Below, in pieces: positions 15,633 through 25,500 of a stretch of DNA of 64,000 nt (position 1 is the first letter of the stretch; each line of letters begins with the position of its first letter). Location: positions 5,753 to 69,752 of the IMG/VR virus record IMGVR_UViG_3300041964_000087; one strand, given 5' to 3'. The notes under the pieces are model-generated. The model was not told where the DNA came from. It did not search any database and saw only the letters and a list, made by a program, of their open reading frames with translations. The position numbers and the translations under genes were made by a program. Origin of the DNA: a virus.

Positions 15633-18434
15633 TCAATATTGGTTGCAGGACTGATTGTATCGATGTACCGGAATCCCCATTTTCAGCACGTCGATTCCCA
15701 CTTTTGAGAGCAAGCAATAACTACCATTCAAATTAAAGACCAAGTGCAAGTGTTCACCAGAACTCGATCCCGTACTTCCCATGGTTGCAATAGTTTGCCC
15801 TTGCTTTACTTGCTGTCCTTTTGCTACTAGGATTTTCAGGCAGTGGGCATAGAGAGAGTCATAACCGCCTCCATGTTGGACCGCTACATAGTTACCGAAT
15901 CCACTGCCACACCCTTTATTGCCTTTTACGCACCCCGTCACTGTCTGAGTTACAACGCCGTCAGCCATTGCAATTATGGGACTGCCTGATGCTCCTGTTA
16001 CATCAAGTATCTTATGCCGATAGCCAGCTCTGCGATTAGCCCTAGTGCCATAGCCATCGCCGATAGTTGTCGGCTTCAAAACGGGGAAGATAAAGCCTCC
16101 CGGCGCCAACGCAGGAGCCGCAAACTGAGTCACTTCCCCTGGAGTTGCAGGAGCAACAGCACCCGAAGAAGCCGGAGCAGCTGCCTGAGGAGTATAAAAT
16201 TGCAGCCCAACCGTTCCTGCCCCTACATCATGATTCACAGACCCAATCCGCTTCTCTGTAGCGAACACATCAGGGAATAGCCGCTTACTGAGCGCCACGA
16301 TTTCACCAGGAACAAGTTGCAGCGTCCGTTGGTTCATGACTAACACGCAGTCATCCTCGTATCCCTTCACCCTGCGCGATTCGTCTGCTATCACCTGCGC
16401 CTCAGCACGCCCATCCTGTAGGTCAATGAACCCAGCTTGCTGATTGGGTAGTCCTGTCACTGGGTCAGCGCTGGCTGTAGCACCAGCCCCAGGCGCCGCT
16501 TCACTGTTGCTTTTAAGCTTCGATTGTTCCAGTAGTTTCTTGTCTTCTGCCGACACCTTCGGTTCTTCTTTGGTAGTAACCGCAGGCGCTTTTTGCGGTT
16601 CGTAAACAGTTGTTTTGGTGACTGTCTTGCCCTCGGTTACGGTTACCGCGACAACCTTATCAACTTTGACGGGTTGAGCGTTGGGCTTGGTGGTTGTAGT
16701 CGAAGTGGTTTTAGTTCTGACAATCTTTCCCGGTTCAAGAGTCTGCTCAGTGGTGATGGTCGTGACAACAACCGTGCCATCTTCTTTGGTTACTTTAACT
16801 GGCCCTTCAACCTTCTGGGTTTTAGTTTCTTGGCTTGCCGACGCCACTGTTGACGGAGTGATAGCAGGTGTAGTTGTGCTGGCTGTCGCTGCATCCGGTT
16901 TCACCGTTCCACCAACAGCGGGTGCTGTTGCTCCGGTTGTGCCTCCACTGCCTACCGCTTGCCCAGTTCCCGCTTTACTCTCAGGCTTGGTTTGGGCTAG
17001 AGCGCCTGTTGCCCTATCAATCGCTGTCTTGGTTTCCCCTGTCCCAGTTTCTGGTGTGCTTACCGTCGCGGCGGGTGCGTTGCTACTGGCTGCCCGTGCC
17101 TTGTCGGTGAAGCGGACGGGCTTAATCAGCACTTCCTCATCGATGATGAAATTGGTAAATTGTGGGCGTGCGAATGGCTCAACAATTAAGGTATCAGACT
17201 TCTTGCCCGTTCCTTCTGCGATACGGAACCCGGTGCGATTCGCTTCACGGAATAGGGTAGCAAGTGCGGTTTGACCATCTTGGCTCAAGTGTTGGAACGT
17301 CAATCCCGAACCTTCCATTTCAAGCTTGAGGTTGAAGCCACTAGCCTGAAGTTCGGTGTATTGCTTGAGGTTAATGTTTTCAAATGACTGGGTGACCGGA
17401 ACGCGAGTGAGCAGCCACCTGATGGACTTGCCGCCGAATGTTGTGATTTGTGCGCCGGAGGCGTCCCAACTGGTGTCAGTGGAGGTATGGATGAAGTGAA
17501 AGGCGATCGCATCTTTGAATGTCACGCCAACGCCTACTGCCACCTCAATGATTATCTCTGTACCCTTGTTGGAGACTTCAACCGTAGGCGCAATCTCCTG
17601 AGCTACAGCTTCAGCCGGAGGGGTAACAGGTGCATCCATACTTTCTGCGGCTGATGTTGGCGCTGCCGCTGCTGTTTGTCCTTTGTAATAGGCTAGGCGT
17701 TCTGTGTAAGTCTTCCTTGCCTGCGCCATCGTCTGAACTGGCTGCCCATAAGGACTGCCAGGTAAGCTTGCCCAGGTTGTAGCGCTTTTACGAATTGCCC
17801 CTTCTAAATCCCCGTTGTTAATCGCCGTAAAGGCGCTTAGTTGCTTGAGGTAGGCGACAGCCGCTAAGTCTTGGCTTCTAGGTGAAAAGTCTTTGACTCC
17901 AGCTTTTACCTTGAATTCATCCCATGATGTTGAAAGGAATTGATAACGCCCAGCAGCGTCACTAACTAGCCGTCCTGAACGGTGCTTTCTGCGTGGATGG
18001 TCAGCGAACCCGCTAAACTTCTCACTAGTCAGTGACATGACTGTGTAGGCTGAAGGATCTAAATAGTTAGGTACTTCGTGAGAGGCGATGACATCTAAGA
18101 ACGCTTTAACCTCTGGGCTGAAGTCTGCTGTTGATACCCCTATTCCTGTACTTGTATTTCCTTCTGCGACAGGGGTAGCCGTGACGATTGGCTGGTTTTT
18201 TGTGGGGTCTTGTAACAGCTCAGCCGGAACGAGTAAGCCACCTTCCCTGACGCTGATCTCTCGGTATTTGGCGCCGATCAGTAAATTCTCATCACGCACA
18301 CTGAATGATGCTGTACTCGATCTGAGGTCTTCTCCGAGAGAAATTTGGACATTAGGTAGCAGTATTCCGTCGCCCGTTTGAAAAACATCATTATCTCCGA
18401 TGCGAATTCTGATGATCTTAGAAGTTAGTTCCAT
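15633..18434 (-). CDS. Baseplate hub-like virion protein with lambda-type muramidase (GH104-like) and C-terminal M23 peptidase
   Basis: AFLDVIASHE..AAGRYQFLSTSW..FSPRSQDLAA; H..D..GNYVAVQH..YAHC..GSTGSSSGEHLH. Confidence 0.85.
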   Translation of the reverse strand: MELTSKIIRIRIGDNDVFQTGDGILLPNVQISLGEDLRSSTASFSVRDENLLIGAKYREISVREGGLLVPAELLQDPTKNQPIVTATPVAEGNTSTGIGVSTADFSPEVKAFLDVIASHEVPNYLDPSAYTVMSLTSEKFSGFADHPRRKHRSGRLVSDAAGRYQFLSTSWDEFKVKAGVKDFSPRSQDLAAVAYLKQLSAFTAINNGDLEGAIRKSATTWASLPGSPYGQPVQTMAQARKTYTERLAYYKGQTAAAAPTSAAESMDAPVTPPAEAVAQEIAPTVEVSNKGTEIIIEVAVGVGVTFKDAIAFHFIHTSTDTSWDASGAQITTFGGKSIRWLLTRVPVTQSFENINLKQYTELQASGFNLKLEMEGSGLTFQHLSQDGQTALATLFREANRTGFRIAEGTGKKSDTLIVEPFARPQFTNFIIDEEVLIKPVRFTDKARAASSNAPAATVSTPETGTGETKTAIDRATGALAQTKPESKAGTGQAVGSGGTTGATAPAVGGTVKPDAATASTTTPAITPSTVASASQETKTQKVEGPVKVTKEDGTVVVTTITTEQTLEPGKIVRTKTTSTTTTKPNAQPVKVDKVVAVTVTEGKTVTKTTVYEPQKAPAVTTKEEPKVSAEDKKLLEQSKLKSNSEAAPGAGATASADPVTGLPNQQAGFIDLQDGRAEAQVIADESRRVKGYEDDCVLVMNQRTLQLVPGEIVALSKRLFPDVFATEKRIGSVNHDVGAGTVGLQFYTPQAAAPASSGAVAPATPGEVTQFAAPALAPGGFIFPVLKPTTIGDGYGTRANRRAGYRHKILDVTGASGSPIIAMADGVVTQTVTGCVKGNKGCGSGFGNYVAVQHGGGYDSLYAHCLKILVAKGQQVKQGQTIATMGSTGSSSGEHLHLVFNLNGSYCLLSKVGIDVLKMGIPVHRYNQSCNQY

Positions 18435-18556
18435 TGATATTTCTAATCTTCTCGTCCTTCAAGAATAATTCAAACTGATCGAGGGTATTGCGCTTTGCTC
18501 CGCTTTAACTTGTCAGCCTGGAGACTTGATGAAATGGACTTTGGGGAGCAATATAG

Positions 18557-19075
18557 ATGATTAACCCAGAAGCTATTGATTTGAATTCTCTACCTTGGCT
18601 ACCACTAGAGGCTCGTTCAGCCTTTCCGCGCCAACCTGCTATTTACTTTGCAATTAATCGAGACGGGGAAGTTCAATATATCGGTATTTCCCAAGACCCT
18701 AAGCGACGGTGGGCACAGCATCATCGCTATGAGGATTTACAAGAGTCAAAAGGGGTGAAGATCGCTTATTTGTTTGTAGAAGACGTTGCGCTACTTAGAC
18801 CAATCGAATCTGCCTTGATTGCCTGGTTTCGTCCACCCCTCAATGTAGTCGGCGTTTCTGGTTGTGACTTCCCCCCAAATTGTAATTTTGGGGTAAGGAG
18901 GGTAAAAGGTATCCCTGTTTACCGGGACGAAAAAAAGAGCGATCGCAAGGTAAGCCTTACCCCTACTTGCTGGGAGAAGCTGGGTCAGTTTGCCGCTAAA
19001 TTGCATGAATCAGGAGAGATACCAGCCGCTTCACGTTCTGAGGCGATTGAGTGGCTAGCTAGACAGGAATTTTGA
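18557..19075 (+). CDS. GIY-YIG domain protein with C-terminal RHH-like region
   Basis: AIYF..VQYIG..RRWAQHHR..E..LI..PPLN; SRSEAIEWLAR. Confidence 0.82.
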   Translation: MINPEAIDLNSLPWLPLEARSAFPRQPAIYFAINRDGEVQYIGISQDPKRRWAQHHRYEDLQESKGVKIAYLFVEDVALLRPIESALIAWFRPPLNVVGVSGCDFPPNCNFGVRRVKGIPVYRDEKKSDRKVSLTPTCWEKLGQFAAKLHESGEIPAASRSEAIEWLARQEF

Positions 19076-19111
19076 TGAGTTTAGAAGTTGGTTGCATGGG
19101 TGCGATCGCGT

Positions 19112-19543
19112 CTAGTTAAATTCGTGTCTTTTCAGAAACTTCATCATTTCTCTACTTGTAATACTTTGCGGGAATAGAGAAGGACGATTATACCAATTGC
19201 TCCAAAAAAGAGGTTTACTGGGTTCAATAATATGCAATCGCACAAGGACATCCAGATCACTCTCCCCAATTAACCCGTTCCAGTATGGACTGAAATCTAC
19301 TAGGTAGTGCGCCCAAAATATACCTTGCTGCTCAAACGTTAGTCCAATACTAAAACTAAAAGGGTAATCAAGATGGCGTTCAACTTGGAACCCTTGGAGT
19401 TTACCGACAATATCCCACGACTTTAAGTATTGGCTTTCTAATTCATATTTGACGCGGATAGCAGGTTGCCTGAGTGCAAATTCAAATAATTTACGAATGT
19501 CTCGGATTTTTGGCATTGGCTGAAAAAGCGATCGCGAACTCAA
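19112..19543 (-). CDS. Hypothetical protein
   Basis: 143-aa ORF coupled to upstream gene. Confidence 0.55.
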   Translation of the reverse strand: MSSRSLFQPMPKIRDIRKLFEFALRQPAIRVKYELESQYLKSWDIVGKLQGFQVERHLDYPFSFSIGLTFEQQGIFWAHYLVDFSPYWNGLIGESDLDVLVRLHIIEPSKPLFWSNWYNRPSLFPQSITSREMMKFLKRHEFN

Positions 19544-19845
19544 TCCACATCTGGCATTTCTATTGTCTGCCCTGTCAGTTCATGGGTGCAATCAGGTAAA
19601 TATTGAATTTTGCCATCAGTGACGAATGAGTGACACACCATTGTTTTAGTGCCATCAGGGCGTGACACTTTACTTAAAATACTGGGTTTAAATGTTGGCT
19701 TTTCTGTATTGCCGTTGAAGTCCCAGCTTGCTCCATTCGGTGAGATGTGAGGGCGGACGTAAACCTCATGACTACATTTGCAACCAGGGCAATCGAAGAT
19801 GTATGCAACGGCTACTCCGTTCTCTTGTGATGTTAGAAGTTTCAT
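19540..19845 (-). CDS. DUF6527-like Cys/His protein
   Basis: CPGCKCSH..WDFNGNTEKPTFKPSI..CHSFVTDGKIQYLPDCTH. Confidence 0.75.
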   Translation of the reverse strand: MKLLTSQENGVAVAYIFDCPGCKCSHEVYVRPHISPNGASWDFNGNTEKPTFKPSILSKVSRPDGTKTMVCHSFVTDGKIQYLPDCTHELTGQTIEMPDVD

Positions 19846-19913
19846 TTGCGATCTGCGCTTCGCAGCAGCGCTTCGCTATCGCCTTTAAATCCGCAGCGTT
19901 TGAAAGTATTTCA

Positions 19914-20129
19914 TCAAGCCGTTCGACTAACATAAGCGAACCTTGGCACTTTTTGACCGTCGTGTGTCACGGTTTCAAGAAACATTGCATGAGGTCTAAC
20001 CCACCAATCACCAGCGCGGTTCTTATATAGCACTAGCCATTCTTCTGTCTCGGAGTGGCGAACTATTCCAAGCACTTCGTACATTCCGCCTTTGAAATGT
20101 TGATAAATACCCGGTTGAATGTTTGCCAT
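19914..20129 (-). CDS. DUF1653 domain protein
   Basis: PGIYQHFKGGMYEV..HSETEEWLVLY..WVRPHAMFLE..PRF. Confidence 0.9.
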   Translation of the reverse strand: MANIQPGIYQHFKGGMYEVLGIVRHSETEEWLVLYKNRAGDWWVRPHAMFLETVTHDGQKVPRFAYVSRTA

Positions 20130-20133
20130 TTTT

Positions 20134-20628
20134 TCACACCTTACCTGATAGCAACCAGCTCACAACAGAAGTTCCCTGACCGCCATATTCCCTCAGTTTA
20201 TCCTCAGCATCCCCTAGCAGAGATTCCGCATCACCCAGCACCCCATTTAGTTCGCCAACAACTTCCAGCGCTTCCTTGGCATACCCCTGCAACCGAGGTG
20301 GAAGCTTGCCGCTGATTGAAGTAATGGCAGATTCCGCTTCACCTAAGAAACCTTTGGCGCCGCCAATACTCGCAGATATCTTGGTGAGTACAGGCTGAGC
20401 AAATGACTCAATTTGTTGGACAGATGGCAGGGGTAGCACATCGCCTTCTACCAAGTCACCAAATAGAGTGGTTAGCGCCTCTTCTGGGTCGTCAATCTGA
20501 TCAAGAATCTCTGTGAAGCGTGAGACATCTTCGCCCGGAAAGACACGGCTAGCAACGAGGTTGAGGGCATCAGCAGGGAGAATGGTTATGGTGTCGGGCA
20601 TTTGTTGAGGTGCGATCGCTATGGACAA
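20134..20628 (-). CDS. LysM/gpX-like tail protein
   Basis: ITILPADALNLVASRVF..L..GDVLPLP; position after tube initiator-like gene. Confidence 0.5.
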   Translation of the reverse strand: MSIAIAPQQMPDTITILPADALNLVASRVFPGEDVSRFTEILDQIDDPEEALTTLFGDLVEGDVLPLPSVQQIESFAQPVLTKISASIGGAKGFLGEAESAITSISGKLPPRLQGYAKEALEVVGELNGVLGDAESLLGDAEDKLREYGGQGTSVVSWLLSGKV

Positions 20629-20842
20629 AAACGATTGTAGTTATGCAGCTTGGTATGACTTTGTTGGAGAGGAACCTGATGACGATTGGGACGACGAGCC
20701 AGAGGAGCAAGAGTTTGATTGCGGCTGGGTAGATGACGATATCGGCTGTTCAATGGCTGGGACTGAGGATTGCGATTTCGAGTGTCCTTACTCTGACTCT
20801 TACCACAGCAGGAGAAGCGGGAGCGATCGCGCTTGTGGATAA
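20621..20842 (+). CDS. Small acidic Cys-rich protein
   Basis: 73 aa, D/E-rich, six Cys; ends in a palindrome. Confidence 0.5.
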   Translation: MDKNDCSYAAWYDFVGEEPDDDWDDEPEEQEFDCGWVDDDIGCSMAGTEDCDFECPYSDSYHSRRSGSDRACG

Positions 20843-20873
20843 CGTTATCCACAAATCCGCAGAGGCTGCGTTT

Positions 20874-21164
20874 TCACTGCCAGTCGGGACAGTTCTCCCC
20901 ATCCACGCCATAAGGATGCATTGCACATACTAGGCGCACACCTCCATAAATCAACCCGTGATACTCAGTACAATCTTGGCAAGGCGATGGACGGTCAAAC
21001 GCTAGCCGCTTGCGTCGCTCTTGCCGCCTAGCTTCCGCCTCATCCATCTCGGTTTCAAGCGCTCTACGCTCCTCTTGGGTTCGTTCTTTGGCTGCTAGTT
21101 TGTCAATCAGTATGAGGTAGAGGAGAAAAGAGGAAAAAGCGGCAATTACCAACTCAACCATCAC
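20874..21164 (-). CDS. Membrane-anchored Cys-cluster protein (DUF6464-like C-terminus)
   Basis: N-terminal TM; CQDCTEY..LVCAMHPYG..CPDW. Confidence 0.65.
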   Translation of the reverse strand: MMVELVIAAFSSFLLYLILIDKLAAKERTQEERRALETEMDEAEARRQERRKRLAFDRPSPCQDCTEYHGLIYGGVRLVCAMHPYGVDGENCPDWQ

Positions 21165-22099
21165 ATCATCTCCATTTCATCAGTCTTCTTGATAGGAATT
21201 TCAGGAGCCTTTCCACCCGCCTTAACCGGAACTGTGCAAACGCTACCACCCTTGGCATTAACGCCATCATATTGAATCACGACACCTACCTTTTTCTTGT
21301 CCTTATCACTTAAGGTAACAACGCCTGTTTTAACGTCTACGGATAGGTTGTTTTTAAGCGTCGGTGTAGATTTTATGAGTGATTGAACATCTGCTGACCA
21401 CTGGCTGATGTTGTCCTTGAGGTATTTTTCAGCAAGTGCGATCGCGTCTGCCTGCTGGCGTTCAGTTAGAGCAAGTGCAGGTTCACCTTTGAGTGCGGCT
21501 GTCTCTTGCTGTTGCTTCAACCGTTCGGCTGCTCTTTGCTCCTGTTCTGCCTTGGTGAGCGGTCGCGGCTGTTCTTTGAAGGTAAGTGTCAGATCTCGCA
21601 CATCAGTTGGTTCACCATTGGCTACAGCTACGACTCGGTAACTGTATTTGAGTAGTGACAACGGCCCAAGATTGTAGGAACCCCACGAGAACCTAAGCAG
21701 CGGTGGGGAGAACTTGTTATTGAGCGGGTCGGCTTCTAACAGCTTCTTCAGTCCATCCAGTAACACCTTGGCTGATTTCTTGTAACACCATAGGGAAAAC
21801 TGCATCCCTGGTGTGGTCAGCGTTTGCCCAGTCGTGTGGCTGTACTGCGACGACGTGACCGTTGTGGCGTGTGGGCTGACTTCCCCGTAGCTTGCGGAGT
21901 TTTCAAAGTCTAGTGACTGCGGATTGATGAGAAATCCCCAAGCCAGCTTCTCCTCTTTCCCTTCCGGTTCGTACTCCAGCAGAATCGCTTCAATGTGTTG
22001 TCCCTCGGTTGTATCGGTGAGCGTTGCCCAAGCGCGATTGTTGTAGGGATTTGGCGCTGATACGGTGTTAGGTGCTGGGGGATTGGTAGATGATTGCAT
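21161..22099 (-). CDS. Tail tube initiator / CIS tube-like baseplate protein
   Basis: FLINPQSL..QYSHT..PPLLRFSWG; directly after tape measure. Confidence 0.7.
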   Translation of the reverse strand: MQSSTNPPAPNTVSAPNPYNNRAWATLTDTTEGQHIEAILLEYEPEGKEEKLAWGFLINPQSLDFENSASYGEVSPHATTVTSSQYSHTTGQTLTTPGMQFSLWCYKKSAKVLLDGLKKLLEADPLNNKFSPPLLRFSWGSYNLGPLSLLKYSYRVVAVANGEPTDVRDLTLTFKEQPRPLTKAEQEQRAAERLKQQQETAALKGEPALALTERQQADAIALAEKYLKDNISQWSADVQSLIKSTPTLKNNLSVDVKTGVVTLSDKDKKKVGVVIQYDGVNAKGGSVCTVPVKAGGKAPEIPIKKTDEMEMM

Positions 22100-22102
22100 A
22101 AT

Positions 22103-24664
22103 TTATCCGAGTTGTGCCTCTAAGTCTCCCTCGAATGTACTTTGAATCGCTGCAATTACCGCTTGAGCGATCGCATTCGGGTCACCTGAAGCAACACTAA
22201 AATTTAGTGTGTAATTGCGTCCACCTGTTGCAGCAACCCTTCCTTTATCTTGAAGGATAAACTCGCGGTCATTGGCAACCACCAAGTTTGCTCCACTGGG
22301 CATTGCTCTGGCTTCCCTTCCCGCTGCCCCTAGGAGTCCCCCCGCAGCGTTGGGGATATTCCCTGCAAACTTAGCACCAAAGAAGCTATTGATGCTGCTA
22401 ATCGCTGATGCTCCAGCGCTACGGATGCCTGACTGAATACCAGGAACTGGGTTGAATGAATTGATTGCGCTTCCGGCTGAATCAATGGCGCTTCTTCCGG
22501 CGTTGATTAAACCCGATATTTTACCTGAAATAGCCTGAACTAAGGCGATAGTGGCATCAATGGGAGGCTTGATATAACCTGCCACTTGATTACCGAAATT
22601 ACTAATTGATTGTGATATAGATTGAAACTTAGCGCTTACTTTAGATTGAGCGTCGTTTATAGCTTGGTTGATTAAGCCCGAGACTTGGCTTCCAAAATTA
22701 CTAACCGTTGTTGATATGGACTGAAACTTAGTTGATACCTTAGTCTGAGCATCAGTTGCCGCTTGATTAATAGCGGTTCTGGTGCCTGAAATTATTGGAT
22801 TAAAGAACGAGGTTACAGCGTTTGATAATTCATTAAACTTTGCTGATGCCTTGTTTGCAACACCAGTTGCCCAAGTTCCTATTACACGCCCTAGATGTGT
22901 CCCCAAAACAGCCAACACCTGTCCGACCGTTTGGTAGAACGTTCCGAGGACGGAGGCAGCACCTATTGCAATTCTGCCTGGAATTGTATTAGCTAAAAAG
23001 CCAATATAAGCCCTGAAAGCGCCAACCCCAAGTGCTGCGGCGGTTGAAAAGAAGTTGCCAATAAAAGTGCTAGTTTGTGCGATCGCGCTATTAATCATCG
23101 CGCCCACTTGGGCGATCGCGCCATTAATCATCCCTCCCGCAGCGCTGGCAGTTGAGTTGAACCACTCTCCAACTGGAGCCAGTAAAGACCCAATGAAATC
23201 ACCAGCCTTTGCCGCAATAGTGGCTAAGGGCTTACCCATCTGAGGGATAGCGTCATCAACAAGGCTTGGTATCACTCCCTCGACAAAACCAACCAACGAA
23301 CCACCTAACCCAATCGCTAGCGCTAATGCCGCGCGACCGACAGCAAGTAAGAGTTGTGGGTAGTTGACTTTAGAGCCAAACGTTATCGCCGCTCCAACCG
23401 CCCGTCCTAGAAAGTTGCCAAGCGAATCCCCTAGCCGATAAAAGACCATAGGGTCTGCAAGGTACTTCGAGATAATACCTACGCCGCTACTGAACATTGA
23501 TGAGGCTTTGTTGCCAACATTGAGCAAAACACCTTCCAGCCCTGTCCCAAGTTGAAAGATGAATTTTGAAACAGCGTCTAGGCTGAACTCTCCACCCCCT
23601 TTAAAGAAAGCTGTCGCCTGGGTCAGTGTGGCATTAACTTTCTTAAGTCCACCAACCAGAAAATCAATTCCTGTTTTCAGCATTGCCATTGGGTCGGGAA
23701 GTTCAATTCCCATGGCGGTCAATAGATTACCCAAGTTCGTCATTACACCGCTTGGGCCAATCAACTGAGCCAACCCCTCATTCATGCTGCTGAACGCTGA
23801 TTGAACCCCTTTTGTATTGGGTTCCAAGTCGCGCATTATTCCGAAGATGCCAGCAGAAGGGTCGAACAGTGAGGATTGATATGCTTGTATTAATGCATCG
23901 GCACTTCCCCCCGCCTCTCTTATAAAATCTTGAGTAATAAATTTTTTGCCGACCTCTTCAAGCAATTTCACCCGCTCTTTGATGTTTAAATCCTTGAGCG
24001 TTGACTTGCCCATTTTTGCTAGTCGCTTGTCAATTTCGTTCAAGATTACGGCGTTCTGTTCAAAAAACTGAATCTGCCGTAGCTCTGACGTTGATGCCCC
24101 ACCCAGTGCTTTACTCAAGCCCAGCGTGGTGTTTCCGATCGCAACGTTCGAGCCTGCTGACAACGCTCCAAACGATTCAGAGATAGAGGCAAGCGTATCT
24201 TCAAACCCTTTTTGGTTGAGCTTACCTGCTGGGTCTTTGAATGCCTCCAAAACATTATCTTGAACCGCGATCGCAAGATTCTTGTAATCTTGAGTGGCGC
24301 CAGGTAAAGCAGCAGCCGACGCAGCCAAACGGTTGTTGAGTCGGTCGATAAATTCTGCGGCTTGCTCGTAAGACTGCCCAGTGAGGGAAGAGAACGTTGT
24401 TGAAGCAGTGATATTTGCAAGCTGGAGGTTTTTCGCTTCCTCAAATTTGGAATTCAGGAAACCAAGCGCTTCCGATGCCTTGCTAATAGTGAATTGGATG
24501 GCATTGGCTTGCAGAACACCAGACGCGATCGCACCCGACAACCCTTGGGTTTGACTCGCAGCACTTGAGGCAGATGACCCTAAGCCTGACAAAGCGGCGC
24601 CGATTCCCTTGATTCCGGAAGTGGCGCGATCTGTGAGTTTGATTACGAGGTCAACAACGGCCAT
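22103..24664 (-). CDS. Tape measure protein
   Basis: 853 aa, Ala/Gly/Ser-rich helical repeats, LTDRAT N-terminus; follows chaperone. Confidence 0.88.
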   Translation of the reverse strand: MAVVDLVIKLTDRATSGIKGIGAALSGLGSSASSAASQTQGLSGAIASGVLQANAIQFTISKASEALGFLNSKFEEAKNLQLANITASTTFSSLTGQSYEQAAEFIDRLNNRLAASAAALPGATQDYKNLAIAVQDNVLEAFKDPAGKLNQKGFEDTLASISESFGALSAGSNVAIGNTTLGLSKALGGASTSELRQIQFFEQNAVILNEIDKRLAKMGKSTLKDLNIKERVKLLEEVGKKFITQDFIREAGGSADALIQAYQSSLFDPSAGIFGIMRDLEPNTKGVQSAFSSMNEGLAQLIGPSGVMTNLGNLLTAMGIELPDPMAMLKTGIDFLVGGLKKVNATLTQATAFFKGGGEFSLDAVSKFIFQLGTGLEGVLLNVGNKASSMFSSGVGIISKYLADPMVFYRLGDSLGNFLGRAVGAAITFGSKVNYPQLLLAVGRAALALAIGLGGSLVGFVEGVIPSLVDDAIPQMGKPLATIAAKAGDFIGSLLAPVGEWFNSTASAAGGMINGAIAQVGAMINSAIAQTSTFIGNFFSTAAALGVGAFRAYIGFLANTIPGRIAIGAASVLGTFYQTVGQVLAVLGTHLGRVIGTWATGVANKASAKFNELSNAVTSFFNPIISGTRTAINQAATDAQTKVSTKFQSISTTVSNFGSQVSGLINQAINDAQSKVSAKFQSISQSISNFGNQVAGYIKPPIDATIALVQAISGKISGLINAGRSAIDSAGSAINSFNPVPGIQSGIRSAGASAISSINSFFGAKFAGNIPNAAGGLLGAAGREARAMPSGANLVVANDREFILQDKGRVAATGGRNYTLNFSVASGDPNAIAQAVIAAIQSTFEGDLEAQLG

Positions 24665-24688
24665 CCAAATCCGCAGAGTTTTTCGTGT

Positions 24689-24872
24689 TTATTGGTTTTC
24701 TTTCCTCAGTCGTTCCACCGCTTCATTGTGGATCTTGATCATTTTAAAAAAGCGATCGCACGTCAACCCCTCGTAATACTCCATGTTGTTGAAATTCCCA
24801 CCATTCAGGTGATAGACGGACTCAAGAAACGAGTCTTCGTCGAGTTTTCCCGGCTGGTTTGTGGCGAAACGA
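24689..24872 (-). CDS. Tail assembly chaperone C-terminal extension (frameshift-accessed, gpT-like)
   Basis: +1-frame ORF ..GKLDEDSFLESVYHLNGGNFNNMEYYEGLTCDRFFKMIKIHNEAVERLRKENQ* fills the gap up to the TMP. Confidence 0.65.
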
Positions 24873-25472
24873 CTGGAGGGTTTTGAACACCTTCCCGTAG
24901 TCCTCTAGGGTTAACTGATAGAGGTCACCAGGCATCATCACTCGCTCTTTCCACCAACGCACACAAGCGGAAGAGGCGACACGGCAAGCTCTCTCGGTGC
25001 TGGCTACCTTGGCATCCTCTAAGGTCAAGTTCTCTTTAACAGTCAATCGCCTAAGCGTGAGTTGGTCGCCGTTTAGCAAATCAACCGTGCGCGTCCCGTC
25101 CATGAGTGTTGTGCAGTATTCATCCTGGGAATCGGGGTCAAATTGAGTAACTAGTGGGGTCAGTAGCTCCAAGAAAATTAACAGTCGCTCACTATCGTCT
25201 GCCCCGTCGATTTCCTTGGGGATTTCTGATGCGCCATTCCAGGAAGTGAGGCAGCGATCGCTCAATATTCGAGCAAGTTTATTATTCTCTGTGCTGTCAA
25301 CTTGTGCGCCTAGGTCGATCAAGTCTTGGACTAATGGCATCCTAAAAGAAGCCGTTCCACCTGTCTCTAGGACAAATTCAAAGGTGATGGTTTTGGGTTT
25401 TGATTCAACCTCCAGTCCTTTTGGATCGGGTACATCAGAGTTGGTTTCTGTCAATAATTCGATGTTAGGCAT
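24822..25472 (-). CDS. Tail assembly chaperone
   Basis: Position between tube and TMP; duplicated FRMPLVQDL / LRRLTVKE motifs. Confidence 0.7.
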   Translation of the reverse strand: MPNIELLTETNSDVPDPKGLEVESKPKTITFEFVLETGGTASFRMPLVQDLIDLGAQVDSTENNKLARILSDRCLTSWNGASEIPKEIDGADDSERLLIFLELLTPLVTQFDPDSQDEYCTTLMDGTRTVDLLNGDQLTLRRLTVKENLTLEDAKVASTERACRVASSACVRWWKERVMMPGDLYQLTLEDYGKVFKTLQSFRHKPAGKTRRRLVS

Positions 25473-25500
25473 TCGGTAAGGTTTCCTTGAGTCACGCTAC

